Positions 18,982-28,572 of a stretch of DNA of 64,000 nucleotides are shown one piece after another. The notes under the pieces are model-generated. The model saw nothing but the letters and a program-made list of their open reading frames with translations, did not search any database and had not been told where the DNA came from. The first letter of the stretch is position 1, and every line of letters starts with the position of its first letter. The DNA lies in the NCBI GenBank assembly GCA_964417715.1, contig CAYQJG010000010.1:9291-73290 (forward strand), in the 5' to 3' direction. Origin of the DNA: an uncultured Lentisphaerales bacterium. Its GTDB lineage: Bacteria > Verrucomicrobiota > Kiritimatiellia > RFP12 > CAYQJG01. A program made the position numbers and the translations under genes.

Positions 18982-19524
18982 TTGAAGGACGACCCCATGA
19001 GCCTCGTTTACTTGCTGGCCAGCCTGCCCTACTTGACGCTCGACGCGCCCCCACGCGTTTCGCCGGCGGCGTTTCTGGCAGCGTGCGGAGAGCAGGTCGA
19101 CGCCTCCGTGGCCGCGGCCGCAGCCGCGCTGCTGGACGACCGGCCAGACACCCACCCGTTTGTCCAGGCATGGCGCGACAAGGAAGCCATCCTGCGCAAC
19201 GCCATGGTGCTGCGACGAGCCACCCGGCGGAACGCAGATCCGACGCCGTGGCTGCGCCCGACGACCGGCTGTGACCTGCGCGTCGAGCACGGCGTCGAGA
19301 CGGCCTTCCAGCTTACCGATCCGCTGGCCCGCGAACGTGCGCTGGATCGCCTGCGCTGGATCGTGGCCGACGAACTGCAGGGCCCCGACCCGATGTCCGA
19401 GCCGGCCGTTCTCGCCTATGCCGTCCGGCTGCGCCTGGCTTGGCGCTGGGCTCACCTGCAGCCCGACACGGGACGCACGCGCGCCGAAGCCCTGACCGAT
19501 ATTCCGCTCGAAATCGCCAGCTAG
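18982..19524 (+). CDS. conserved hypothetical protein between V-ATPase E and A subunits (position equivalent to the uncharacterised ORF of Chlamydiae V-ATPase operons)
   Basis: 180-aa ORF in operon context. No recognisable motif. Confidence 0.5.
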   Translation: MKDDPMSLVYLLASLPYLTLDAPPRVSPAAFLAACGEQVDASVAAAAAALLDDRPDTHPFVQAWRDKEAILRNAMVLRRATRRNADPTPWLRPTTGCDLRVEHGVETAFQLTDPLARERALDRLRWIVADELQGPDPMSEPAVLAYAVRLRLAWRWAHLQPDTGRTRAEALTDIPLEIAS

Positions 19525-19540
19525 AACAGGACCCGCATAC

Positions 19541-21283
19541 ATGGATGCAACAGGCACAATCGTCGGCGTCAACGGCAACCTGATCGCCGTCGCCTTCGAC
19601 GGCGCAGTGGCTCAGAACGAAGTCGCCTACGCGCGCCTCGACACAGCAGGCACAGACCAGCGCCTGATGTGCGAGGTCGTCCGTATTCGCGGCAGACAGG
19701 CTGACCTGCAGGTGTTTGAGGACACGCGCGATCTGCGCGTGGGCAACACGGTGACCTTCTCCGGCCACCTGCTTTCGGCCGAACTCGGCCCCGGCCTGTT
19801 GCAGCAGATCTACGACGGCCTGCAGAACCCCCTGCCCCGGCTGGCGGAAAAGTGCGGATTCTTCCTCCAGCGCGGCACGTATCTGCATGCGCTGGACCGC
19901 GAGACACGCTGGGCCTTCACACCCGTGGCCGCCCCCGGCGCACAGGTCTCCATGGCCGACACCCTCGGAACCGTGCCCGAGGGCATTTTCAAGCACCGCA
20001 TCATGGTGCCGTTCTCGCTGCCCGGCACGTACACCGTCAAATCGATCGTCGCCGCCGGCAGTTACCGCATCGAAGACCCCATCGCCACGCTGGTCGATGC
20101 GGACGGCCGCGAGACCGCCGTGAGCATGCTGCAGCGCTGGCCGGTCAAACTGCCCATGCCGGGCTTTGTCGAGCGGCTGCGCCCGGCCGAGCCGCTTGTG
20201 ACGCGCATCCGCACGGTTGACACCTTCTTTCCCGTGGCCGTGGGCGGCACCTACTGCATCCCCGGGCCGTTTGGCGCCGGCAAGACGGTCCTGCAGCAGC
20301 TGACCAGCCGCTACGCCGACGTGGACATCGTGATCATCGCGGCCTGCGGCGAACGCGCCGGCGAGGTCGTGGAGACCTTGCGCGAGTTCCCTGTGCTGCC
20401 CGACCCACGCACCGGCCGCACGCTCATGGATCGCACGGTCATCATCTGCAACACCAGCTCGATGCCGGTCGCCGCGCGCGAGGCGTCGGTGTATACGGCC
20501 GTCACACTCGCGGCCTACTACCGCACGATGGGCCTCAAGGTCCTGCTGCTCGCCGATTCAACCTCGCGCTGGGCGCAGGCGCTGCGCGAGATGTCCGGCC
20601 GGCTCGAGGAGATCCCGGGCGAGGAAGCCTTCCCGGCCTATCTCGAAAGCGCCATCGCCGGCTTCTACGAACGGGCCGGCCGCGTCCGGCTCAAAGACGG
20701 ATCGGTTGGATCGGTCACCATCGGCGGCACCGTTTCGCCCGCCGGCGGCAACTTCGATGAGCCGGTGACACAGGCCACGCTCAAGGTGGTCGGCGCGTTC
20801 CACGGCCTGTCGCGTGCGCGCTCGGATGCGCGCCGCTTCCCGGCCGTCGATCCCCTCGAGAGCTGGAGCAAGTACGACAGCGTGGTCGACAATACGCGCG
20901 TGGAGTCCCTGCGCGGGCAGCTCCGCCATGGCAACGACGTGGCGCAGATGATGAAGGTTGTCGGCGAGGAAGGCACGGCCATGGCTGATTTCCTCCAATT
21001 CCTGAAGGCCGAACTGATCGACGCCGTCTACCTGCAGCAGAATGCCTTCAACGACGTGGATGCGGCCACGCCCGTGGAGCGTCAGCAGGCCCTCTTCGAC
21101 AAGGTCGAGCGGGTGGTGGCGCTGCCGTTGTCGTTCGACGAGAAGGCTGCCGCGAGGCATTTCTTCCAGCGCCTGACGCAGGCCTTCATCGACTGGAACC
21201 AGGCTCCGCTCGACACCCCGGACTACGCGCAGCGCCAAACGGCCATCGACACCCTCACCTCGGAGGCGCCCCGCCATGCATAA
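19541..21283 (+). CDS. atpA: V-type ATP synthase catalytic subunit A
   Basis: [12 protein letters not shown] Walker A and a 580-aa length typical of the A subunit. Confidence 0.95.
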   Translation: MDATGTIVGVNGNLIAVAFDGAVAQNEVAYARLDTAGTDQRLMCEVVRIRGRQADLQVFEDTRDLRVGNTVTFSGHLLSAELGPGLLQQIYDGLQNPLPRLAEKCGFFLQRGTYLHALDRETRWAFTPVAAPGAQVSMADTLGTVPEGIFKHRIMVPFSLPGTYTVKSIVAAGSYRIEDPIATLVDADGRETAVSMLQRWPVKLPMPGFVERLRPAEPLVTRIRTVDTFFPVAVGGTYCIPGPFGAGKTVLQQLTSRYADVDIVIIAACGERAGEVVETLREFPVLPDPRTGRTLMDRTVIICNTSSMPVAAREASVYTAVTLAAYYRTMGLKVLLLADSTSRWAQALREMSGRLEEIPGEEAFPAYLESAIAGFYERAGRVRLKDGSVGSVTIGGTVSPAGGNFDEPVTQATLKVVGAFHGLSRARSDARRFPAVDPLESWSKYDSVVDNTRVESLRGQLRHGNDVAQMMKVVGEEGTAMADFLQFLKAELIDAVYLQQNAFNDVDAATPVERQQALFDKVERVVALPLSFDEKAAARHFFQRLTQAFIDWNQAPLDTPDYAQRQTAIDTLTSEAPRHA

Positions 21284-22574
21284 GGCTTACCACCATGTCG
21301 ACCAGATTGCCGGCAGCGTGATCACGCTGCGCGCCGAGGGTGTGCGTTACCGCGAACTGGCCGAGGTCACCTCGCGAACGGGCGTCTCGCTGGCCCAGGC
21401 CATCAAGCTCGACGGCGAACATGTCTCGTTGCAGGTGTTCGCCGGCGCGCGCGGCATCGCCACCGACGCGCGCGTGCGTTTCCTGGGCGCGCCCATGCGC
21501 GTCCCGTTCTCCGACGCCCTGCTGGGGCGCATCTTCACGGGCAGCGCGCAGCCGCGCGACAACGGGCCCCTCCTGACCGACAACCCCGTCGATATCGGGA
21601 CCCCCTCGGTCAACCCGGCCAAGCGCATCATTCCGCGCCGCATGGTCCGCACCGGCATCCCGATGATCGACGTCTTCAACACCCTGGTGGAGTCGCAGAA
21701 GCTGCCGGTCTTCGCGCGCGCGGGCGAACCCTACAACCTGCTGCTGGCGCGCATCGCGCTGCAGGCCGAGGTGGATGTGATCGTGCTGGGCGGCATGGGA
21801 CTGAAGCACGACGACTACCTCTTCTTCCGCGATACGCTCGACGAGAGCGGCGCGCTGTCACGGTCGGTCATGTTCGTGCATACGGCGGCCGATCCGGTGG
21901 TCGAGTGCCTGCTCGTGCCCGACCTGGCGCTGGCCGTGGCGGAGCAGTTCGCCTTGCAGGGCAAACGCGTGCTGGTGCTGCTGACCGACATGACCAGCTT
22001 CGCCGACGCCCTGAAGGAGATCGCGATCACCATGGAGCAGATCCCCTCCAATCGCGGCTACCCTGGCGATCTCTACAGCCAACTGGCCTCGCGCTATGAG
22101 AAGGCCGTGGATTTCGAGGGGGCCGGCTCAATCACAATCCTGGCCGCAACCACCATGCCCGGCGATGATGTCACGCATCCGGTGCCGGACAACACCGGTT
22201 ACATCACCGAAGGCCAGTTCTACCTGCGCAACGGGCGTATCGAGCCCTTCGGCTCACTCAGCCGACTCAAGCAACTCGTCAACAAGGACTCGCGCGAAGA
22301 CCACCGGGCGATCATGGACGCCATGATCCGGCTCTACGCCGCTTTCCGTGAGACGCAGGAAAAGCTGGCCATGGGATTCCGCATGAGTGAATGGGATGCC
22401 AAGCTGCTCACCTACGGCGGCCGCTTCGAGCGCGAGATGATGGATCTCTCGGTCAACATCCCGCTCGAGCAGGCGCTGGACCTGGGCTGGCGTATCCTGG
22501 GCGACTGCTTCGAGCCCATGCAGACCGGTATTCAATCCAAGCTCACCGAGAAGTTCTGGCCGCGTGGTAAATAG
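21276..22574 (+). CDS. atpB: V-type ATP synthase subunit B
   Basis: Homology pattern of V/A-type B subunits (…[18 protein letters not shown]…). Overlaps atpA by 8 nt. Confidence 0.95.
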   Translation: MHKAYHHVDQIAGSVITLRAEGVRYRELAEVTSRTGVSLAQAIKLDGEHVSLQVFAGARGIATDARVRFLGAPMRVPFSDALLGRIFTGSAQPRDNGPLLTDNPVDIGTPSVNPAKRIIPRRMVRTGIPMIDVFNTLVESQKLPVFARAGEPYNLLLARIALQAEVDVIVLGGMGLKHDDYLFFRDTLDESGALSRSVMFVHTAADPVVECLLVPDLALAVAEQFALQGKRVLVLLTDMTSFADALKEIAITMEQIPSNRGYPGDLYSQLASRYEKAVDFEGAGSITILAATTMPGDDVTHPVPDNTGYITEGQFYLRNGRIEPFGSLSRLKQLVNKDSREDHRAIMDAMIRLYAAFRETQEKLAMGFRMSEWDAKLLTYGGRFEREMMDLSVNIPLEQALDLGWRILGDCFEPMQTGIQSKLTEKFWPRGK

Positions 22575-23185
22575 TGCCCAAGATCAAACATACCAAGACG
22601 GAACTCAAGGCGCAGAGCGACGCCCTCAAGCGTTTCCTGCGGTTCCTGCCGATGCTGCAGCTCAAGAAGCAGCAATTGCAGGCTGAGATCGCGTCGATCA
22701 ACGCCCGCCTCGATCAGGTTGAGGCCGTCGTTCAACGTGAACGCGCGGCACTTGAGTCCTGGATTTCGCTTTTTGCCGAGGGCGCCGACCTGGATGGCCT
22801 GATAGCCGTCGCGCGCGTGCGCACCGACACCGGCAACATTGCCGGTGTCACCATTCCGTTGTTTCGAGGCGTCGACCTGTCCGCACGGACGCTGGACCTG
22901 TTCGAGTCCCCCGCCTGGTTCGACGAAGCCCAATCGCAGGTGGGCAGGATACTGACCGCACGGGCGGAAGCCGCGGTCCTCGTGCAGCAGCGCGTCCTCA
23001 TCACAGCCGAACTGCACACGACGTCGCAACGCGTGAACCTTTTCGAAAAAGTCAAAATCCCCGAGTGCCGCGAGCACATCCGCGTCATCCGCATTTTCCT
23101 TGGCGACGAGCAGACCGCCGGCGTCGCCCGCGGCAAGATCGCCAAGCGCCGGTCCGTACGCACCGACGGGGAGGACGCCGCATGA
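22574..23185 (+). CDS. atpD: V-type ATP synthase subunit D
   Basis: MPKIKHTKTELKAQSDALKRFLRFLPMLQLKKQQLQ is a typical D-subunit N-terminus. Confidence 0.85.
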   Translation: MPKIKHTKTELKAQSDALKRFLRFLPMLQLKKQQLQAEIASINARLDQVEAVVQRERAALESWISLFAEGADLDGLIAVARVRTDTGNIAGVTIPLFRGVDLSARTLDLFESPAWFDEAQSQVGRILTARAEAAVLVQQRVLITAELHTTSQRVNLFEKVKIPECREHIRVIRIFLGDEQTAGVARGKIAKRRSVRTDGEDAA

Positions 23186-24969
23186 TCGTGCCCATGCGAC
23201 ACGTGACCGTCCTCTGTGCCGTTGCGACGCGCGAAGCGACCGTTGAGCGGTTGCGCGCCCTGGGGATGCTGCACGTCGCCCAGGCCACGATCGACACGCC
23301 GCATCTGCACGACGCGCAGACGCGCGTACAGGAAGCGGATCAGGCGCTGAACCTGCTGGATGCCACGGCGCGCGCCCACAAGGCGCGACATACCGGGACG
23401 GTGCTCGTGTTAACGGCCCACGACATCCTGGCGCGCGGACGCGAACACGCCGAACTCGATATCGAGCGGGGACAGGTTGCGCGCGAGATCGAAGGGCTCG
23501 CGCCGTTCGGCGACTTCGATCCGGGTGCGGTCGCGGCACTCACGACCGCCGGCGTTCCATTCACGTTCTTCCGCGCACCCCACGCGCATCTGCCCGCCGC
23601 ACGCACCGGCGTCGTGGTGCGCGTGCTGGCCACGCGACCGGATGACTGCTTCGGCGTGCAAGTCGGCACGTCCGATCTGCCGGCCGGTGCCGAGCGTGTG
23701 CCCGTGCCCAGTCGGCGTCTCGCGGCGGCACAGGCCCGGCACGAAGCCATCGTCGCACGGCAGGACCAACTCACCCGCGACCTGCGAAGCGCAGACCGGG
23801 GCATCCTCGTCGCGGAGCGCGATCACCTCGCCGATGCGCGCGACTTCGCCGCCGCGTCGGAGGGGATGGCCGCACACGGACCGGTCTGCTGGATCACAGG
23901 ATTCTGCCCGGCAGACACGCTCGACGCACTGCAGGCCGCCGCCCGCACGGCCGGGTGGGGCTGGCAGGCCCGGCCGCCGCGCGCCGACGAGGCTGTGCCC
24001 ACGCTCCTGCGGCCGCCGCGACTCTTCCGTCCCGTGCTGGCACTCTTTGACGTGCTGGGCATCGCGCCGGCGTACACCGAGGCCGACATCAGCGTCTCCT
24101 TCTACGCCTTCTTCACGATCTTCTTTGCCATGCTCGTGGGCGACGCCGGCTACGGACTGGTTCTGCTGACCGCCGTGCTTCTGGCACGCTGCCGGTTCCG
24201 GCGCGCGCCGGCCGCGCCCTTCATCCTGCTCACGGTCTTCGCCTGCGCGACGATCATATGGGGGGTCATGACGGCAACCTACTTTGGCATCCCCACGGGT
24301 TCCCTGCCGGTCATGCTGAAGCATGGCGTCAGCCGCTGGCTGGCCGTACAGAGCAACATCATGCAGCTGTGCTTCACGCTCGGCGCCGTGCATCTGTCGC
24401 TGGCGCGGCTCTGGAGCGCGGCCGAACTGTTCCCCGACCGGAAATTCCTGGCACAGGTCGGGTGGGTCGGCGTGATCTGGACCATGTACACCGCCGCGTG
24501 CCTGATCGTGGTGCCCGGCTTTCGCTTCCCGCCGTTCATGTTCGTCGTAGCGGGCGCGTCCATTCTGCTGATTGTGCTGTTCATGCTGGCGCGCAGCGAA
24601 CTGCGGGAGAAGGGCATTGAACTCGCCATGCTGCCCCTGACGATCATCAGCTGTCTCGGCGACGTCATCTCGTATGTGCGCCTGTTTGCCGTTGGACTGG
24701 CGGGCGTCAAGGTGGCCGAGAACTTCAACGAAATGTCGGTCGCCCTGCCCCTGCCGCTCTGGGCCAAGATTCCCATCATGCTGGCGATCCTGCTGCTTGG
24801 GCACGGGCTCAACCTGGCCATGGGTGCGCTCAGCATCCTTGTACACGCCGTCCGACTGAACACACTTGAATTCTCGTCGCACAAGGGCGTGTCGTGGTCC
24901 GGTTTCGCATACCGGCCACTGCGGCAGCGGAACACCGCCGAAACCGCAACCCGCACGGCCGCCTTCTGA
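23182..24969 (+). CDS. atpI: V-type ATP synthase subunit I (a-subunit, membrane)
   Basis: Internal Met40 of track ORF 23065..24969 overlaps the atpD stop. Soluble N-terminal domain followed by multiple TM helices. Confidence 0.85.
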   Translation: MIVPMRHVTVLCAVATREATVERLRALGMLHVAQATIDTPHLHDAQTRVQEADQALNLLDATARAHKARHTGTVLVLTAHDILARGREHAELDIERGQVAREIEGLAPFGDFDPGAVAALTTAGVPFTFFRAPHAHLPAARTGVVVRVLATRPDDCFGVQVGTSDLPAGAERVPVPSRRLAAAQARHEAIVARQDQLTRDLRSADRGILVAERDHLADARDFAAASEGMAAHGPVCWITGFCPADTLDALQAAARTAGWGWQARPPRADEAVPTLLRPPRLFRPVLALFDVLGIAPAYTEADISVSFYAFFTIFFAMLVGDAGYGLVLLTAVLLARCRFRRAPAAPFILLTVFACATIIWGVMTATYFGIPTGSLPVMLKHGVSRWLAVQSNIMQLCFTLGAVHLSLARLWSAAELFPDRKFLAQVGWVGVIWTMYTAACLIVVPGFRFPPFMFVVAGASILLIVLFMLARSELREKGIELAMLPLTIISCLGDVISYVRLFAVGLAGVKVAENFNEMSVALPLPLWAKIPIMLAILLLGHGLNLAMGALSILVHAVRLNTLEFSSHKGVSWSGFAYRPLRQRNTAETATRTAAF

Positions 24970-25021
24970 TCGCCACGCCGCCGCTGAACAACCTCACTAA
25001 CCGACATCAAGGAGAACACAC

Positions 25022-25483
25022 ATGGAACCGAACGTCGTCAACACCGGACTGGGAATCGCGGGTGCCGTCGCAACGCTGGGCCTGAGCGCCGTCGGGTCGG
25101 GTCTCGGGGCCGGCGTAGCCGGCACGGCGGCCATCGGCGCCTGGAAAAAGTGCTACGCACAGAACAAGCAGGCGCCCTTCCTGCTGCTGGGGTTCGTCGG
25201 CGCACCGCTCACGCAGACGCTGTATGGCATGATCCTGATGTTCGTCATGATCGGCCGTGCCAAGGCTGGTTCACCGGGACTGGCGCTGCTGATACTCGGG
25301 TGCTTCTCCGGGCTGGCGATCGGAGTGTCGGCCTGGCTGCAGGGCCGCGCCGCAGCCGCCGCCTGCGACGCGCAGGCCGAGACCGGACAGGGCATCACCA
25401 ACTACTTCGCCGCCCTCGGCATCATCGAGACGGTGGCGATATTCACCATGGTCTTCACGCTGCTGGCGGTGGTCAGCGTGTAG
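25022..25483 (+). CDS. atpK: V-type ATP synthase proteolipid subunit K (c-subunit), with Na+-binding-like motifs (P.TQ.LYG, ET..I)
   Basis: 153-aa four-helix Gly/Ala-rich proteolipid. An RBS-like aaggaga lies upstream. Confidence 0.85.
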   Translation: MEPNVVNTGLGIAGAVATLGLSAVGSGLGAGVAGTAAIGAWKKCYAQNKQAPFLLLGFVGAPLTQTLYGMILMFVMIGRAKAGSPGLALLILGCFSGLAIGVSAWLQGRAAAAACDAQAETGQGITNYFAALGIIETVAIFTMVFTLLAVVSV

Positions 25484-26903
25484 TGACAGCGGGACCGGTG
25501 CTGCCAAAGGCGTATGGGACGGGGTCGGCGCCGGTCGCATCCCACGCGTCCAGCAGCGGCGTGACAATGTCCCACGCGGCTGCCAGTTCGTCATTGCGGA
25601 TGAACAGGCCGCGTTCGCCGGCCAAAACGTCGAGCAGCAGGCGTTCATAGGCGTCGGGCAGGTCCGGCCCGTAACGCTCGCGGTAGAGCAGGTTGAGCTC
25701 GGCCGGGGCGATGGCCATCGTCAACCCGGGCGTCTTGCCCATCACCTGCAGGCGGATGGCCTCGTCGGGCTGAATCCGCAACACCAGTTCATTCGGCGGG
25801 AAGCACGCGCCGTCCTCGCAGAAGACGTTGTGCTCGATCGGCTTGAACTGCAGGCGCACCTCGCTGACGCGCCGGTGCAGCCCCTTGCCGGCTTCGATCA
25901 CGAAAGGCACGCCGCGCCAGCGCGGCGTGTTGACGGCCAGCCGCAGCGCCGCGAATGTCGGCGTGCGCGATTTCGAAGCCACGCCCGGTTCGTCGCGATA
26001 GGCCGGAACCGTCACGCCGGCACGCGAACCGGCGGCGTACTGCCCCATCACCGCGTCGGTCAGGAGCGGCGGATCAACGTGTCGAAGCACGTCGACCTTG
26101 GCATCACGAACAGCGTGGCTATCCAGGCGCGCCGGTCGTTCCATGGCAATCAGAGCCAGGATCTGGAGCAGGTGGTTCTGCACGACATCGCGCACGATCC
26201 CGGATCGGTCAAAATAGCCGGCGCGTCCGGTCAGGTCAGTGTCCTCCTGCCAGGCAATACGCACGGAGTGGATGTGCTCGCGGCTCCAGATCGGCTCAAA
26301 CACGCGGTTGGCAAATCGCAGCACCATCAGGTTCTGGACGAGTTCCTTGCCCAGGTAATGATCGATGCGATACGTTTCCCGTTCCGTGAACACCCGACCC
26401 ATCTCAAACACCAGACGGTCAGAGGAGTCGCGGTCATACCCAAACGGCTTCTCCACTACGACACGCGACCAGACCGACGATGCCCCGCAGACGATCAGCC
26501 CGGAGCTGCCCAGCGCCCGGGCCACGCCCAGAAACACGTCGGGCGGAATGGCCATGTAGAAGACGCGATTGGCCGACTCGCCGCCTTCGTGCGCCTGCAT
26601 GAGTTGGAACAGGTCCAGATAGCCTTCAACTGCATCGTACGTCCCTGACTGGTAGTGGCAGCACGCCAGAAAGGCTGCAACCTGACGCGCACAGGCGTCG
26701 GTGCTGGTCGTGCGGCAGGTCAGATGCTCGCCCAGGCGCGCGCGGTACGCATCGTCGGTGAACGTCGTCCGTCCAAAGCCGAACACGCGGAAACGGGCAG
26801 GCAACTGGCCGGCGCAGAACAGCGCAAACAGCGCCGGAACAATCTTGCGCCGGGCCAGGTCGCCCGATGCCCCGATGATCACGAAACTCACGGGATGATT
26901 CAT
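25473..26903 (-). CDS. zwf: glucose-6-phosphate 1-dehydrogenase
   Basis: The GASGDLA NADP-binding motif and the RIDHYLGKE signature are present. Confidence 0.95.
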   Translation of the reverse strand: MNHPVSFVIIGASGDLARRKIVPALFALFCAGQLPARFRVFGFGRTTFTDDAYRARLGEHLTCRTTSTDACARQVAAFLACCHYQSGTYDAVEGYLDLFQLMQAHEGGESANRVFYMAIPPDVFLGVARALGSSGLIVCGASSVWSRVVVEKPFGYDRDSSDRLVFEMGRVFTERETYRIDHYLGKELVQNLMVLRFANRVFEPIWSREHIHSVRIAWQEDTDLTGRAGYFDRSGIVRDVVQNHLLQILALIAMERPARLDSHAVRDAKVDVLRHVDPPLLTDAVMGQYAAGSRAGVTVPAYRDEPGVASKSRTPTFAALRLAVNTPRWRGVPFVIEAGKGLHRRVSEVRLQFKPIEHNVFCEDGACFPPNELVLRIQPDEAIRLQVMGKTPGLTMAIAPAELNLLYRERYGPDLPDAYERLLLDVLAGERGLFIRNDELAAAWDIVTPLLDAWDATGADPVPYAFGSTGPAVTTR

Positions 26904-28462
26904 CTGGCCGGCTCCGTGGCTGTCGGCGCCCCCGTTGTGTCACCGAACGTCACCTGCCAGGCCAGTCGGCCGTCCGCCGGCGCCGTCGCGCTGAAACGAA
27001 CCAGGCGAAACCCGGGCGCAGGAGAGTCGAATTCCTGCAGCAGATGATCGACCACGACGACCTCGATGCGCGATCCGCTGGCTGTCGTCGGCAGTCCCGC
27101 CACACACAGGCCGATGGCCTTGCCGTTCTGCCGCAGCGTGGCTGAACGTCCATCGGGCGCCAGGACGAATGATCCACCATCCATGTGCCCATGGTTGGCC
27201 GACGGGCTGCCAGCCTTCACGCCCACATACCATGCGTCGCGCGACCAGTCGCTGCGGTGCATAGCCACCGGCACGTCGCCGCGCCCATGCCAGTCCAATG
27301 GCAGTCGCACGGACGCGCCGTCGCCTGCGGCCGGCATATCGAACACGGCGAGCGCGGCCAGCCGGTCCTTGGACAGACGCCAGCCGTCACCACGCACGAG
27401 AGCGCCCTCCGGTGCCTCGCCTGGCAGCAACCAGCCTTTCCTGGCGGCGAACCAGAGCAGTGTGGCGCTGTTGCGTGTCTCCGAGACGCAGTCGGCGTAG
27501 TTGAACACGACGCCGCTGGGTCCTGTGGCATGCAGCATATAGTCGGCGGACGCCAGGAAACCCGGCTGGCGGGAGAGGCCATAGTCCGTCCCGAGCAGGT
27601 TCGCCAAACAATCGAGCAGAACCACGTTGAAGCTGGTGCCATAGGCCCAGTACATCGGGCCTTCGGGGTAGACGCCGTCAGGCGCATAGGCCGCCATGGA
27701 GGCCGGAATGCAGGTGATCGCGCGATGCACGATCCGCGCGGCCAACGCGGGTTCGTCGTCGACCACGGCCAACGCGGCGGCGACCATGCCTGCATGGCAG
27801 ACCTGGCCCCAGTTGTTGTGCGCGTCGACCCAACCCGGCCGCCCCACCAGAGAGGGCGCAAGACCCTTGGTCACAAGTGCCGTGCGACTGAGTTGCCGCA
27901 CATCGGCGGGAAGCGCCTCGTAGAACCAGTCGTAGCCGATAGCCACGGCCAGGCTCATCTCGGCCACGTCAAGGAAGTGCGTCGGATTCCAGTCCTCGAA
28001 TGTGCAGACGGTGCGCAACTCGGCCGCCGCACGTTCGGAGAAGACCGCATCGCCGGTGCGCAGCCAGGCGACACCCAGCAGCAGCTGCCGATTGAGCGCC
28101 TCGCGTGAAACGGCCAGCAGGCGCCGGCCCTGAAGCTGGCGCTCAAGTGGCGGCGCGTCCAGCAACCTGCGTGCACGCCGTTCGATCTCACCTGCCGCGG
28201 CAGCCATGGCCGGCTCGGTTGCCACACGGCGGCGAAAGTCTGTCACCTTGACAGGCGAGATGAGAACGCGGGGCCGCGCGCGCGGCGATGACGCGAGGCG
28301 TTGCGCGACCTCTTCCTCGGTCACGCTGACAGCATCAACAGCCGTGGCATCCATCTTCTGCACTCCCCATGCCAACCAGGCCGCCGCAACGAGTGAGGCG
28401 CGGCCACCAAATCGCACGCGACAGCGCGCGAAGGGCAGGATCACGGACTGGCTGACAACCAT
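26900..28462 (-). CDS. heparinase II/III-like polysaccharide lyase family protein
   Basis: C-terminal ...SPSANHGHMDGGSFVLAPDG... matches the Hepar_II_III motif. The N-terminus is an alpha/alpha toroid-like region with no clear signal peptide. An alternative start is Met37 at 28354. Confidence 0.65.
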   Translation of the reverse strand: MVVSQSVILPFARCRVRFGGRASLVAAAWLAWGVQKMDATAVDAVSVTEEEVAQRLASSPRARPRVLISPVKVTDFRRRVATEPAMAAAAGEIERRARRLLDAPPLERQLQGRRLLAVSREALNRQLLLGVAWLRTGDAVFSERAAAELRTVCTFEDWNPTHFLDVAEMSLAVAIGYDWFYEALPADVRQLSRTALVTKGLAPSLVGRPGWVDAHNNWGQVCHAGMVAAALAVVDDEPALAARIVHRAITCIPASMAAYAPDGVYPEGPMYWAYGTSFNVVLLDCLANLLGTDYGLSRQPGFLASADYMLHATGPSGVVFNYADCVSETRNSATLLWFAARKGWLLPGEAPEGALVRGDGWRLSKDRLAALAVFDMPAAGDGASVRLPLDWHGRGDVPVAMHRSDWSRDAWYVGVKAGSPSANHGHMDGGSFVLAPDGRSATLRQNGKAIGLCVAGLPTTASGSRIEVVVVDHLLQEFDSPAPGFRLVRFSATAPADGRLAWQVTFGDTTGAPTATEPAR

Positions 28463-28572
28463 GGTCTACAGAGTAGCTAAAATGGGCGACCCAGCGATAC
28501 CACAATCGCGGTGTCAGCGCCGCCGCGCATGCTGCGCGCGCTTGCATTCAAGGGAACAACTCCAGTACCATA

